Below, piece after piece: positions 23,639 to 34,673 of a DNA stretch of 50,658 nt. The stretch is from positions 1-50,658 of the forward strand of contig CAVPXM010000070.1 in the NCBI GenBank assembly GCA_963709405.1, given 5' to 3'. Each line of letters begins with the position of its first letter. Positions within the stretch are counted from its first letter, which is position 1. The position numbers were made by a program, and so were the translations under genes. Below the pieces are notes generated by a model. It made no database searches. It saw only the letters and a list, made by a program, of their open reading frames with translations, and was not told the DNA's origin. Source of the stretch: an uncultured Nitrososphaerales archaeon. GTDB taxonomy: Archaea > Thermoproteota > Nitrososphaeria > Nitrososphaerales > Nitrososphaeraceae.

Positions 23639-23932
23639 ATGTCACTACACAACATGGAAAATGATAATGATAATGTTGTTTTAAATGAGGCAGAATCATT
23701 GTCGAATGGTGGCATCTGGGAAAAGATACGTGCCTTCGATTTATTGATTAAAAGTTTTTGGACACTACCCAGAAAAGAATGCGAAGAGCTTCTGACAAAG
23801 CTGGCGAAGAACAACCAGCCGACTGACGTTAGATTTCATGTGGCACTGAGACTGCTAAAGGGAGTTCACGTAGATAAGAACACGTACAAAGCTCTAGTGA
23901 ATACTCTTTTGAATCTTAATGAGCCTTTGTGA
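23639..23932 (+). CDS. Hypothetical helical (HEAT-like) protein, possibly truncated
   Basis: 97-aa ORF with amphipathic helices (LLTKLAK..DVRFHVALRL). Confidence 0.4.
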   Translation: MSLHNMENDNDNVVLNEAESLSNGGIWEKIRAFDLLIKSFWTLPRKECEELLTKLAKNNQPTDVRFHVALRLLKGVHVDKNTYKALVNTLLNLNEPL

Positions 23933-24691
23933 GAATCATCGTTCATGCTAGTCCATATGAATTAACAGACCGCTGAGGAAGTGTGAATAACCGAACTTCT
24001 TATCAGTACTTGTTATCCGATCGCCTAGTGGTCCACGTCGCTCAGCGATATGAGGACCCAGCCTGAGTAAGCCCGCCTGTATCCCATATGCGGCGCAAAT
24101 TTCTGTTTATGAAGATCTTATGCTAAATTCATCCACTATGCATCTTGAAAGTTTCAATTCTCAATACTTGTGGGGTACTAATTCGATACTGAGCCAAACT
24201 CTTCCATCTTCTCCAAAATGTCTGATAAGAAGATGACAGTTTTTGCAATTCAAATCATCATAGGTGGAATTTTCAGATTTCGAGGCTGATTCGGTTTCCC
24301 TCTGAAGGATTTATTCAGAACAGAAATCACTGATGAAGAAAATTTATAATTAAAGATAATAAGGGAACGTGTATAATAGAAGCATCAAACGCTAGGCTAC
24401 GATCTATTGCGAATTGTCGGTATAACATAGGTGATATTCTACTTGTTATATTCAAAGAACATACTGAACCAATCGAAAATTATCATTCAAAGAGTTAGTT
24501 AGCTAATCAGCAATTACAGTTAATAATGTGAATAATAAACAGTGACTTACTCAAACAATAATATCCATAGATAAGGGTGCGTTGAACAACTAGCAAATTA
24601 ATGAGCAGTTGTAAAGAGTTTGATCTATGGAGTAGGCACGTAAATATTAATAGCGATATATGTAATTTTTATTACTCTAGCTTTTATCTAC

Positions 24692-26884
24692 CTACCTGTA
24701 GTGTGACAAAGTCGTTACTCGCTCCTCCGGTCTTCTTTCCCTTTGTGTCTTTATTTTTTTAACTGCATCTTCGAAATGTTGCATTGAAACAAAAGCGTCT
24801 GAAGCATGTTTGGCTGCTTCTTCTGGGGTAGGATATTTCTGTAAGTACTCATGTAGTACTATGGAAATAGCAGTATTAGATACTGCTGCTACATCCGCAC
24901 CACTAAATCCTTCCGTTAATTTAGCTATCTTTCCAAGATCTATACCTTGGCCTAAAGGTTTGCCCTTTGTATGTATTTCAAGAATTTTCTCCCTTGTATT
25001 CACGTCAGGGTTTGGTACAAATATTATCTTGTCAAACCTGCCAGGCCTTAGCAATGCAGCGTCAATCATGTCCACTCTATTAGTCGCGGCAATTACCACT
25101 ACTCCTTGCAACTCTTGTATTCCATCCATCTCAGTTAATAATTGAGAAAGCATCCTGTCCGAACTACCACCACCATATCCTCCTCCCCCATCTGTTCCAC
25201 TTATACCTCCTCTTGTAAGAGCAATAGAATCTATCTCATCAAAGAATACTACACATGGAGATGCTTGTCTGGCTCTTCTGAATATCTCCCTCATCCCTCT
25301 CTCTGATTCACCTACCCACTTTGATATTAGTTCAGGTCCCTTTACACTTATGAAGTTGGCTTCAGATTCGGTAGCTACAGCTTTTGCTAGGAGTGTCTTT
25401 CCTGTACCAGAAGGACCATGTAATAATATGCCTTTTGTGAGAGTATGTTTAAGCTCCTTGTACAGATCAGGATATCTTAACGGCCATTCTACAGCTTCTT
25501 GTAATTCACGCTTTACGTCCTCTAGACCGCCAATCTCTGTCCATTTAACATCAGGTACTTCTAAATAGACCTCTCTCATGGCAGATGGCAATGCATCTTT
25601 TAGGGCGAAATCAAAATCACTCATAGTTATTACTAACTTATCTAATGTCTCAACAGAAATTTTTTCCTCTTCTAAATTAAGCTCGGGTAATAGTCTTCTT
25701 AAACACTTCATAGCAGCCTCTTTGCACAAGTACTCTAGATCTGCACCTACAAATCCATGTGTTACTGCTGCAATTCTAACTTGATCAACATCTGTATCCA
25801 ATGGCATATTACGAGTATGGATCTGCAATATCTCAAGTCTTCCTCGCTTATCTGGAACTTTGATCTCAATTTCTCTGTCAAATCTACCTGGTCTTCTTAA
25901 TGCAGGATCTATTGCGTTAGGTCGATTGGTTGCTGCAATTACGATTACCTTACCTCTTGCTTCCAAACCATCCATTATTGACAATAATTGAGAAACTACT
26001 CTTCTTTCAACTTCGCCAGTTACTTCTTCCCTCTTTGGAGCAATAGAATCAATTTCATCAATGAATATGATTGAAGGCGCCTTTTCCTTTGCCTCTTTAA
26101 AGATTTCTCTTAGACGTGCTTCAGATTCACCATAGAATTTGCTCATTATTTCTGGACCAGATATACTTATAAAATGGGCATTTGTCTCGTTAGCTACAGC
26201 CTTTGCTAGTAATGTCTTACCGGTACCCGGTGGCCCATGGAGAAGAACACCCTTAGGAGCTTCAATTCCAAGTTTTTCAAATATTTCGGGATGTCTTAAT
26301 GGAAGCTCAATCATCTCCCTAACCTTTTGGATTTCTTCTTTTAATCCTCCAATGTCTTCATATGCCACATGGGTTATCCCTCTTGCCACTTCACCTTTTT
26401 CTGCTATATGAAATACCGTCTTTTGCGTTATCAATGTGGCATCAGATGTTGGGGTCACACCAATAACTTGGAAGGTAAGTCTTCCACCAAAATATGGAAC
26501 CATGACATTATCTCCCTTTATGAGAGGCACATTCTCCAAGGCATCTGCGAGGTATCTCTCATCTATAGGAGGTATTGCTTCTAAAGGTGCAACTATCACC
26601 TTCTCAGCTGGAACTGCCTTAATCTTTCTTACTACCACAGTATCTCCTATGGCCACACCTGTGTTGTTCCTCACCAGGCCATCTACTCTAATAATACCCT
26701 TACCTTCATCTGAAGGGTAGAGCGGTAAGCATTTGGCAACCGTTCTACGTTTGCCTCTGATCTCAATAACATCACCAGTAGATGCGCTTAAAGAATCCAT
26801 AGAGTCATAGTCAATACGTGCTACACCACGGCCAACATCTCTTGTGTAGGCCTCGAGTACCTTCAGACTGCGGTCATCGGTCAT
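24692..26884 (-). CDS. cdc48: Cdc48/VCP-family AAA+ ATPase
   Basis: N-domain [19 protein letters not shown]; two AAA modules with [25 protein letters not shown] and [22 protein letters not shown]. Confidence 0.98.
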   Translation of the reverse strand: MTDDRSLKVLEAYTRDVGRGVARIDYDSMDSLSASTGDVIEIRGKRRTVAKCLPLYPSDEGKGIIRVDGLVRNNTGVAIGDTVVVRKIKAVPAEKVIVAPLEAIPPIDERYLADALENVPLIKGDNVMVPYFGGRLTFQVIGVTPTSDATLITQKTVFHIAEKGEVARGITHVAYEDIGGLKEEIQKVREMIELPLRHPEIFEKLGIEAPKGVLLHGPPGTGKTLLAKAVANETNAHFISISGPEIMSKFYGESEARLREIFKEAKEKAPSIIFIDEIDSIAPKREEVTGEVERRVVSQLLSIMDGLEARGKVIVIAATNRPNAIDPALRRPGRFDREIEIKVPDKRGRLEILQIHTRNMPLDTDVDQVRIAAVTHGFVGADLEYLCKEAAMKCLRRLLPELNLEEEKISVETLDKLVITMSDFDFALKDALPSAMREVYLEVPDVKWTEIGGLEDVKRELQEAVEWPLRYPDLYKELKHTLTKGILLHGPSGTGKTLLAKAVATESEANFISVKGPELISKWVGESERGMREIFRRARQASPCVVFFDEIDSIALTRGGISGTDGGGGYGGGSSDRMLSQLLTEMDGIQELQGVVVIAATNRVDMIDAALLRPGRFDKIIFVPNPDVNTREKILEIHTKGKPLGQGIDLGKIAKLTEGFSGADVAAVSNTAISIVLHEYLQKYPTPEEAAKHASDAFVSMQHFEDAVKKIKTQRERRPEERVTTLSHYR

Positions 26885-26909
26885 ATCTAATACACCTTCT
26901 CAATAGCGC

Positions 26910-26981
26910 TTTATACACTTTCTCATAATCTGATCTATATAGATATTTCATATCCCAACAGAAAACTGATATGTACATATC
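26910..26981 (-). promoter_or_regulatory. cdc48 promoter (BRE/TATA) with two upstream palindromes
   Basis: GAGAAAGTGTATAAA ~26-40 nt before the ATG; perfect palindromes ATCTATATAGAT (26933-26944) and GATATGTACATATC (26968-26981). Confidence 0.6.
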
Positions 26982-27024
26982 TTTGTATACCGTCCTGTTA
27001 GATAGCGTAGCAGGAGAAAATATG

Positions 27025-27141
27025 CTATCCCTTTACTCCATGATCTAGCTTTGAATGCTGTGTCAGCTCTGTTTCCGTCTTGAACTTTTCGCCACATTTA
27101 ACGCACTTGAATTTCTTTCTGGTGAAGAAATCGAATTTCAT
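27025..27141 (-). CDS. Single C2H2 zinc-finger microprotein, 38 aa, not in ORF track
   Basis: MKFDFFTRKKFKCVKCGEKFKTETELTQHSKLDHGVKG* matches F-x-C-x2-C-x3-F-x5-L-x2-H-x4-H. Confidence 0.8.
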   Translation of the reverse strand: MKFDFFTRKKFKCVKCGEKFKTETELTQHSKLDHGVKG

Positions 27142-27499
27142 CTAATTCTGTTAGACGGTACCATAATATTAACAACCCGTTCTAGTTCGATGTTAAAATT
27201 AGCTAGACCAAGGAATCAACTAATGGGAGTTTGCAATTCAATCAATGTAGTATAAGGTAGGTTGTACTTGGTAGACCTGCTGAGAGAATGTGCAAAATTA
27301 AGCACTATCTGATAAATCACCGGCCACACCTCGTACTTCTGTTCACATTCTAGGAAAAATTTTCGTTTAACAATCTGAATAAACATATCAATATTTGGCT
27401 ATCTACCGACCGAAATAAGTGGAAATGTCCACCACTGAGTAGATGTGTATACATACGTCTTGTACTTACGGGGATAGGTTAACAATATAGCTTCCACAG

Positions 27500-28225
27500 T
27501 TGGATCACGGTTCTACTGTGACGAAGCGTATCCATATAGAAATCATAACTAAGTTCAATCCAATACACGAAAAAGAATGGATTGGTGACGTTATATATGA
27601 TATTTGTAAGAGATATGGTGTATCCAGAAAGACACATTATAAATGGAATAAGAGATACAAAGAGAAAGGAATAGAAGGATTATCCAATAACTCTAGAAGT
27701 CCTCATAATATCAAGTACAAGCAGGTAACATCAGAAGTAGAGGAAACAATACTTGATCTAGGATTAAGCAAGAGATTTGGATGTAATAGGATTAAGTTTT
27801 TGAATAAAAAGTTTCATTGGTTTGCCGTTAAGTACCAAAAGTATACACAAGATACTAAAGCGACATGGTCTGAACATCTTCAGGTGTAAGAGTAAAATAA
27901 GAACCTACAACTGTTTGCTGTGAAGCATCCAAATGACATAGTGCAGATGGCTATGGTCCTCACTATCTGTGATTCTGATGAAGGGAATTATTATATCATT
28001 CGCTGTTTAGACGATTGTTCCAGAAAAGTAGCTAGCAGATGGTCTGAAAGAAAGAGGTCAGTAGATGTTTTGAGTGTGTTAGAGGATGGGAAAATGACTA
28101 ACGGTAAGCCTAAGACGGTGCCGCATTATAATGGAAAACAGTTTACATCAGACATTAATCAGACATTTCGTTGTACACAATCACATCGAGGCCGCAGCAA
28201 TTCAGCAAATTCATGTATTGAGTAA
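27500..28225 (+). pseudogene. IS481-family transposase relic
   Basis: HTH ICKRYGVSRKTHYKWNKRYKEKGIEGL..SRSPH; rve remnants HPNDIVQM, LDDCSR, YNGKQF (DNG degenerate); split and truncated. Confidence 0.85.
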
Positions 28226-28635
28226 CAAGTATCCAGAGTTGGAATCCCAGTTACATGCACTGGATTCCATTCGCAGGCTCGTCGACTTCATCAAAGGTTA
28301 ATTTGAAGAAACTGTAATTCCGAAAAATATAACAATCAAAGTTCTCTTGAAAGAGACTAAAAATGGATTACATTTTAGAAGGTAGGCATCAATGTCTCAC
28401 TTTTTTGCCTCTTAGCGGTTGTTTTGATGTAATTCCCAGATAATAATATTCACGTTTTCTGTTCTTCATAGTACGACCCTTTAATATTCCTAGTTTTGCC
28501 AATTCTTCATAATTCTTTTCTGTAATTAATGCACATTTTGCACAATTCATCTTAAAGGCTATCGGCAGTGCTTTGTCATGCACTGCAGACTCAGCTTATT
28601 TAATTGAGTGTGAATCACCCATTAGCTAACAAAAA

Positions 28636-29460
28636 TTGATAGGACAATCTCAAATCGATAATAAACTCAAAATAGCAGATTTCATGACTGCTAATCCTAT
28701 AACAATACAAACAGTAGCAAGATTTCCAGAAGCGACCGCTATAATGGCCTCCAAAGGTATTGGAAACCTAGTGGTAACAGAAAACAATAACAAAAGTGTT
28801 GTTGGTCTCATTACCGAAAGAGAAATACTTCAGTATCTTTCAATGAATCGAGAAATCCCAGACAAAGAGATCAGCTTTGTTATAACACAACCATTTACTA
28901 AGGTAACTCCGCAGGAAACAATTTATGCAGCTGCTAGGGCAATGATTTCCAACAAAACAAGATTATTGGTATTTGATAGCCACGATGATAATGATAAGGA
29001 TAGACCTAATAAACTGGTAGGAATAATTACTGCGTCAGATATTGTTAGGGCCTTTAGGACCACAGACAGGAACCCACCAGTCGAAGACGTAATGAGTACT
29101 AAAATATTTGATATACCATACGAAAACTCTATTTTCGCGGCAGTCAGAATACTGTATGAAAGAAGAGTAGGCAGTGTTATTGTAATCAAAGACAATAAGC
29201 CTTATGGGATATTTACTGAAAGAGATCTTTTGACTAAAGTCATATCAAAAGGATTACAGCTGTCTGAAAGAGTTGGTGACTTTTGCTCAACACCTTTGAT
29301 TACAGCACAACATGGAATACGAGCCAACGAAGCCGCAAATATAATGTTCATCAACAATATGAAAAGGCTTCCTCTAGCTCAAGATGGTGAAGTTACATCA
29401 ATAGTAACAGCTAGGGACTTGGTAGATGCATTCCAGAAAGAAGAAGAGAGCGCCAGTTAA
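28636..29460 (+). CDS. Four-CBS-domain protein
   Basis: IADFMT..GIGNLVV..VGLITERE; LVGIITASDI; VEDVMS..VGSVIV..GIFTERDL; KRLPL..IVTARDL. Confidence 0.93.
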   Translation: MIGQSQIDNKLKIADFMTANPITIQTVARFPEATAIMASKGIGNLVVTENNNKSVVGLITEREILQYLSMNREIPDKEISFVITQPFTKVTPQETIYAAARAMISNKTRLLVFDSHDDNDKDRPNKLVGIITASDIVRAFRTTDRNPPVEDVMSTKIFDIPYENSIFAAVRILYERRVGSVIVIKDNKPYGIFTERDLLTKVISKGLQLSERVGDFCSTPLITAQHGIRANEAANIMFINNMKRLPLAQDGEVTSIVTARDLVDAFQKEEESAS

Positions 29461-29963
29461 TGTGAACTCTGCTATTGTTATCATCTGGACTTCCTCCTGT
29501 TGCCGCTGTCGCGCATTGCAGAAGCCAACAACAACGAAATAATATGAGTTTTTCGAGTTAGTTTCCCCAAAGAATTTAACATCATAGACCGCCCACTTGC
29601 CCTAGTTATCGATGATAGCAGCTATTAGGGAATTAATCGTTTTTAGCTCCTCCTATTATACTAATGTGAGCTCGTCAACGCACTGGTAGGTCAAGCGCTC
29701 TTGATCACCTTACTCAAGGAATTCAAATAATCATCTCAGACGACGTAGATGATATCCGGTTGTCAAGGGGGACCGGATAGCATAGACAAATAGAGAATAT
29801 TCACTGGTTATTTCTTGAGTCTTCCGTTGCTCTTCAAATTCTATTGTGGCTATTAGATTTCGTCTCTTTTTTCCTCTTGGCGAGTCTTATAAGAGAACTA
29901 TGTCATTGCGGGTTTGGTGCGGGTAGGTTCCCGTATATAGAGGTAAGGTAATACTTTTTGATC

Positions 29964-30113
29964 TTATTCTTCGAAGAAAGGTCTAAACTGGACCTCAAAA
30001 CCCAGACAGTTATTTGCAAACTGCTTTATCGTGATCATTTTGCATACTTTATCTTGCAACTCGGAGTGTTCAATCAATTTCTTTTTACAAATAGGACATA
30101 ATGCCTCCTTCAT
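29964..30113 (-). CDS. Putative Zn-binding microprotein, 49 aa, not in ORF track
   Basis: MKEALCPICKKKLIEHSELQDKVCKMITIKQFANNCLGFEVQFRPFFEE*: CxxC-x6-H-x7-C. Confidence 0.6.
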   Translation of the reverse strand: MKEALCPICKKKLIEHSELQDKVCKMITIKQFANNCLGFEVQFRPFFEE

Positions 30114-30319
30114 TACAACATAACAACGAATTAAGAAGCATATATTTTAAAAAGAAATAAGATTTGTAGACAAAAGTGCAAAATTTCTTTCAATTCACAT
30201 GGTGATTGTAAACGGAGTTCAATTACGGAGTGTAAGATGTCACTAATTTTGCCTAGTGAATGCAGAAATCTCATTTGATACATCAATTATATCATCAATA
30301 AGCCAATTGATATTACGAT

Positions 30320-31213
30320 TTAATCATCTTCTATTTCTGAATGAACGACCGTAGAATCTTCTGCATACATTCTTGTTACATTTGTTAGTGCTTGTCTTTG
30401 AAAGGTATGAGCTTCTTTTTCAGGCCGTTGTGAAATGGTAGCAGAGGAGTAATCTGTAATAATCTTTTCTATTTCCTCTTTTGCCTTATTTTTGTATAGC
30501 CTCTCTGCTTCTTCTATTAACATAGCCTTACAGGCTTCATAATAGTACTCATTTGGATGGTTCGGTCCGTAAGTATACGAAGTATCGTATGTATTCTTAG
30601 GACCAATTAACGGCACATATTTTTCTGGATCCTTTTTTATTGATTCGATTACAGACAAAACTGCATACTTTACAAATGGTTTTCCAGCTGATAAGATACC
30701 AAGTACCCTGTCCTCGACAAACTTTTTTATTTTGAAGTATTCTTTATTATTGTTTTCAAAATTTCTTACGATATTCTCTTGTCTTTCTCTTTGTTGGTGT
30801 AGCTGGTCCATCTTTGATAATTCTTGTTGGCAACGCAGAGTATAATACTCTAAATTTTTGGTTATATTCTGCAAAGCGTTATTCAGTCTCTCTTTTCGTC
30901 CATTCAGATGTTCTAATTCAGTCCTTAGTGCATTGCATTTAAGATGAAGATCAGCCAGATTATTGTTTGCGAATGATAGAAGTTTAACTGTCTGCTCTGG
31001 CTTTAAATCTGCATCTTTCATCAACTTGTACAGATTTACAAGGGATCCTACGTCGGCTGTTATTTCTTCGTACATCTGATAGAGGCCGTTCAGTTTTTCT
31101 AACTTACAAAATTCTTTGAAATATTGGTCTACTTCGGGCTGTCTTATGTTTAACGTGATGGCTACTTGTACTGGATTTTTACCCCCCAAAAACAGTTTGT
31201 AGGCCTGTGTGGT
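30320..31213 (-). pseudogene. HTH plus coiled-coil protein of a Nitrososphaera-type multicopy family, N-terminally truncated
   Basis: TQAYKLFLGGKNPVQVAITLNI..YFKEF then a long heptad region and SVIESIKKDPEKY; frame breaks at the IS1595 relic. Confidence 0.65.
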
Positions 31214-31221
31214 CTTTCATT

Positions 31222-31441
31222 GAGATGAAGAAATGTTAGAAATGACAAAACTCATATCAATTGTATAGAAGGATTATGGAGCTATGCCAAGACTTGGCTA
31301 AATCATTACCCAGCGTACCGAAACCATACTTTGACTTCAACCTAAAAGAAATAGAATTCAGATTCAATCACAGGAATGAAGATATATTCAAGATACTTGC
31401 GAACATAATAGTAAAATCTGTTCCAAAGCCTTAGGTATTAC
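31222..31441 (+). mobile_element. IS1595-family transposase C-terminal relic plus right inverted repeat
   Basis: KTHINCIEGLWSYAKTWL..LKEIEFRFNHR; ends ATCTGTTCCAAAGCCTTAGGTATTAC, similar to the ends at 48730-48762 and 50623-50655. Confidence 0.85.
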
Positions 31442-32661
31442 TTATTATTATTATTAATCTCATTTTTTCTCTTCTTTCCTTTTTTCTTTTTCTTTTCAGC
31501 TATAGCAGTCTCAGCATCTTCTTCACCTTGCTTTATCAGGTTTTTAATAGTCCTAATGGAAAAATCAGCATCTTCAAAGATAAAATGTATGTGTTCAGTC
31601 CTTTCTATCTTTGTTATTTCCTCAATTATCGTACCACGATCTACTGCAAGCTTGTGATATTCTCTCTCAATTTGAAAGTATAGTTCTCTCATATTCTCTT
31701 CGATCTGAATATTATTTAAGAGATCATGCATTTGCCTCAGAAGAGATAGATATCTTGAAATCACTTTGGACATGCGTATATTTTGATCTGTCTTGTCTGT
31801 ATGGATTATATCTCTGGCTCTATGCCAACCATCAAATATATTCTGGGGCAGATCTGCTTGATATCTAGGAAATAGGTTAACTACGTACACTCTTTTATCA
31901 TATTTTGGTGACGCATCTATTACTTCTCTTAATGGCGTATTGCTTAATAGACTGCCATCCCATAAATATTTTCCATCCTTATGCATCGATGCTATGCCAT
32001 AAAATGGAAAACCGGCACAAGCAATAATATGATCTGCATCTATTTTCACGTGTTTACTATCAAAAGTAACAGATTCACTTCTTTGTATGTCAGTAGACGT
32101 TACAATTAGTCTTGGAGTTCTTCTTCTTCTTCTTGCTAGATCCTTGTTATTGATATTGTTATTGTAATTATAATAATTGTTTATCTTATCGAAGTCGATG
32201 AATTTACTTAACGTCTTTTTCAATGGTATAGTATCATATAGATGGGGAATTGCATGAATAGAAGAAGTAGAAGTAGAAGAAGGGTAATTATATATTGCAT
32301 AGGGTGAAAACCAAATTGGTTCGAATGCATTCGGATTACCATAGAGAGCTGCAAACATCGAAGCGTAGATGCACCTAATATTATCTGGCAAAAACGACGG
32401 AGTGATATTATCTGCTAATGTGAGCCAGAAATGTTCAAGGTCTTGTGCTGGGCTATTTGTCTTGCTACCTACTATAATTGCAGCATTTACAGCTCCAATG
32501 GATGTTCCTGCAACAATGTCCAATTCTATACCATGCTTTTCCAAAGTTTTATAAACTCCACATTCATATGCACCTAGCGAACCACCTCCCTGCATTATCA
32601 AGACAGTTTCATGCTGCACTTTTTGTATGTCTCTTATTTGTAGTGCGTCCAAGATGGTCAC
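31438..32661 (-). CDS. Patatin-like phospholipase/esterase with DUF3734-like C-terminus
   Basis: QGGGSLGAYE, GTSIG nucleophile elbow, WDGSLLSNTPL, DADFS. Confidence 0.92.
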   Translation of the reverse strand: MTILDALQIRDIQKVQHETVLIMQGGGSLGAYECGVYKTLEKHGIELDIVAGTSIGAVNAAIIVGSKTNSPAQDLEHFWLTLADNITPSFLPDNIRCIYASMFAALYGNPNAFEPIWFSPYAIYNYPSSTSTSSIHAIPHLYDTIPLKKTLSKFIDFDKINNYYNYNNNINNKDLARRRRRTPRLIVTSTDIQRSESVTFDSKHVKIDADHIIACAGFPFYGIASMHKDGKYLWDGSLLSNTPLREVIDASPKYDKRVYVVNLFPRYQADLPQNIFDGWHRARDIIHTDKTDQNIRMSKVISRYLSLLRQMHDLLNNIQIEENMRELYFQIEREYHKLAVDRGTIIEEITKIERTEHIHFIFEDADFSIRTIKNLIKQGEEDAETAIAEKKKKKGKKRKNEINNNNK

Positions 32662-33009
32662 AAGAAATAGTCTATTATCTGACTAATAAAGTACGAATAT
32701 GATGTTGTTGATAGATTACTCTTGAATATCAAAAGAGGATCACCTAATTTGATACAATCAAAATGTCTTTATCAATGTCAGTTTAGTGATAATTTCAACT
32801 TATAGAGGTATAAATGAATAACTTCACATGGGACACAAACAATGTTGGACATCAAACAAGAGAAGTGATAGAATGAGGCATCAGAGGAGGATTTAGGACA
32901 TATAATAAAAGTAGTATCCACTTTGGAAATGAATGAGGAATGAAGCTGTCCATTATGTAAATGCAGTGATTCATATTAGCCATAATGAATACTAGTTATG
33001 AAAACATTA

Positions 33010-33279
33010 ATGAGTTATGGAAGTGGCGGAAGAGGCTATAGTGGCTATTATAATAGTAATAATCGCAATAGTAGCTTCGCAAAACCTGCTGAGGCAGGTA
33101 AAGAATACGACGTAAGGATTACTGAAACAGGTAGTAGAGGCGATGGTATCGCTAGAATACAAGGTTTCGTAGTCTTTGTTAAGAATGGAAAGGTAGGACA
33201 AGAAAGCGTAAAGATAAAGGTAATTTCAGTAGGAGACAGATTTGCTACTGCAGAATTGGTGGCAGGCAGCAGCTGTTAG
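33010..33279 (+). CDS. Stand-alone TRAM-domain protein (archaeal RNA chaperone type)
   Basis: Gly/Tyr/Asn-rich N-tail then KP-EAGKEYDVRI..GSRGDGIARIQGFVVFV..FATAE. Confidence 0.92.
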   Translation: MSYGSGGRGYSGYYNSNNRNSSFAKPAEAGKEYDVRITETGSRGDGIARIQGFVVFVKNGKVGQESVKIKVISVGDRFATAELVAGSSC

Positions 33280-34066
33280 TAATGAAGAATCGTAACATAT
33301 TATATTCTTCATCCCCTTATAGCCAGTACGGCTATTAATAAGAGGTCATAATACTACTTGTTTTATATCTCGTCCAATCTACCACAATTTTTGTTTTATT
33401 GTTTAATGGTTATCTACTACGCGATTAACTAACTAATACTATATCCAATATCTTGAATAATATTTCAATAAATTCGAGATCTAACTATGATATTCATCTA
33501 CCGCTATAGGATATGATCAACCTATGTTTTGAATATTGGCGTTAATTACGATGTAACTGATTATTTGATTTTACTGTGCGGTGTATACTGTTTATTTTTC
33601 GAAAACACTCTCCACCTCTGGTCTATAAGCTGGCGGATGGGACTTATTGCGATTACTGCCGTAAGTACGAATACTGTCTCTTCAATACATTATCATAATC
33701 TTTACCTCATTATAATATACATATGCTGTTAGATTTGACAGCAGCAAGAGAAAGAATATCCATCCAATTACTAAGAATACAAAGTATAGGGAAGAGCTGT
33801 CTGAAATATCTAAAATTATTGAAGTGTTAAAGTCTGACGAAAAAGTCCTACCATTATTGCATAGGATGTCGTTAAAATACCTGGCAACGAAAATATTAGA
33901 GAATTTAATGGAATCACTAAGTTAGCACGAAACCATGAGTGCAATTTTCATAGAAACTATTGATACTATTGTGAAATACTGTAAGAACGTACAGAAATAA
34001 TAAGATTTGGTATGTACAATTTTTTACTACGCTTATGCCAAATATCCGAGCAGAAAGTAAAAGGTT

Positions 34067-34225
34067 CTATGCTCTTACTTTGATCAATCTGACATGCCCA
34101 AGAGTGCAATTTTTGGCGATATCTATATGTGCCTTTTTGAGCTTCTTTGCCCTTTCCTTAGATAATTTTTCTACCGAAATATATCCACAACCATTACAGT
34201 TTACAATGTAAAGCCAGTTAACCAA
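34067..34225 (-). CDS. C2H2-like zinc-finger microprotein, 52 aa (TTG start), not in ORF track
   Basis: MVNWLYIVNCNGCGYISVEKLSKERAKKLKKAHIDIAKNCTLGHVRLIKVRA*. Confidence 0.7.
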   Translation of the reverse strand: MVNWLYIVNCNGCGYISVEKLSKERAKKLKKAHIDIAKNCTLGHVRLIKVRA

Positions 34226-34346
34226 CTGCTTGATACAATTCGTTATATGCTAATATAGGTATCCGGGCCTCTTCTATTGCAATCACTTAAGCTGTCTAAT
34301 CTTATCCCTAAAGATTTGACCTCTCGTATGGGCCAAGCGCTTAATA

Positions 34347-34673
34347 CTACCATCTCTTTATCTCTGCAGGTTGCCGCTGAAAGAGTTTCTCTAACTCGCC
34401 TAATCTTTCTAAAGAGCCATCATTATTTCTAAGGTATGAAAAGGAAGAATCATTTCGGATTTTTTGTAAAAGGGAGACAACTTGTTCATTGGTAGCACCT
34501 TGCTTTATGTCATAGTTTATTTGTCTATAAACATTAGTTATTCGACCATAGCGTTTGTTCATTCTTTTTTCCCAAGAAGTTGCATTTTCGGATATTCCTG
34601 TTACGAATTTCAATACTATTTTTTCCAAATGTTTAACATGCCATTCTATCATTGGAAAGCTGTTTTGCATCAA
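34347..34673 (-). CDS. Hypothetical protein (thaumarchaeal type)
   Basis: Clean 108-aa ORF, IEWHVKHLEK..ATSWEKRMNKRYG..QINYDIKQGAT. Confidence 0.7.
   Translation of the reverse strand: MMQNSFPMIEWHVKHLEKIVLKFVTGISENATSWEKRMNKRYGRITNVYRQINYDIKQGATNEQVVSLLQKIRNDSSFSYLRNNDGSLERLGELEKLFQRQPAEIKRW

Noticed and set aside
24810-26720. Six plus-strand ORFs in the track
   Set aside because: Antisense shadows of cdc48
27055-27255. 66-aa plus-strand ORF
   Set aside because: No motif; overlaps the far more convincing minus-strand C2H2 gene
27471-27480. GGGATAGGTT matching the IS5 right end
   Set aside because: Only 10 bp with no partner end or transposase remnant
34248-34253. TTAGCA upstream of the 34067..34225 microprotein
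   Set aside because: A lone 6-mer is expected by chance in AT-rich DNA and its spacing differs from the twin promoters
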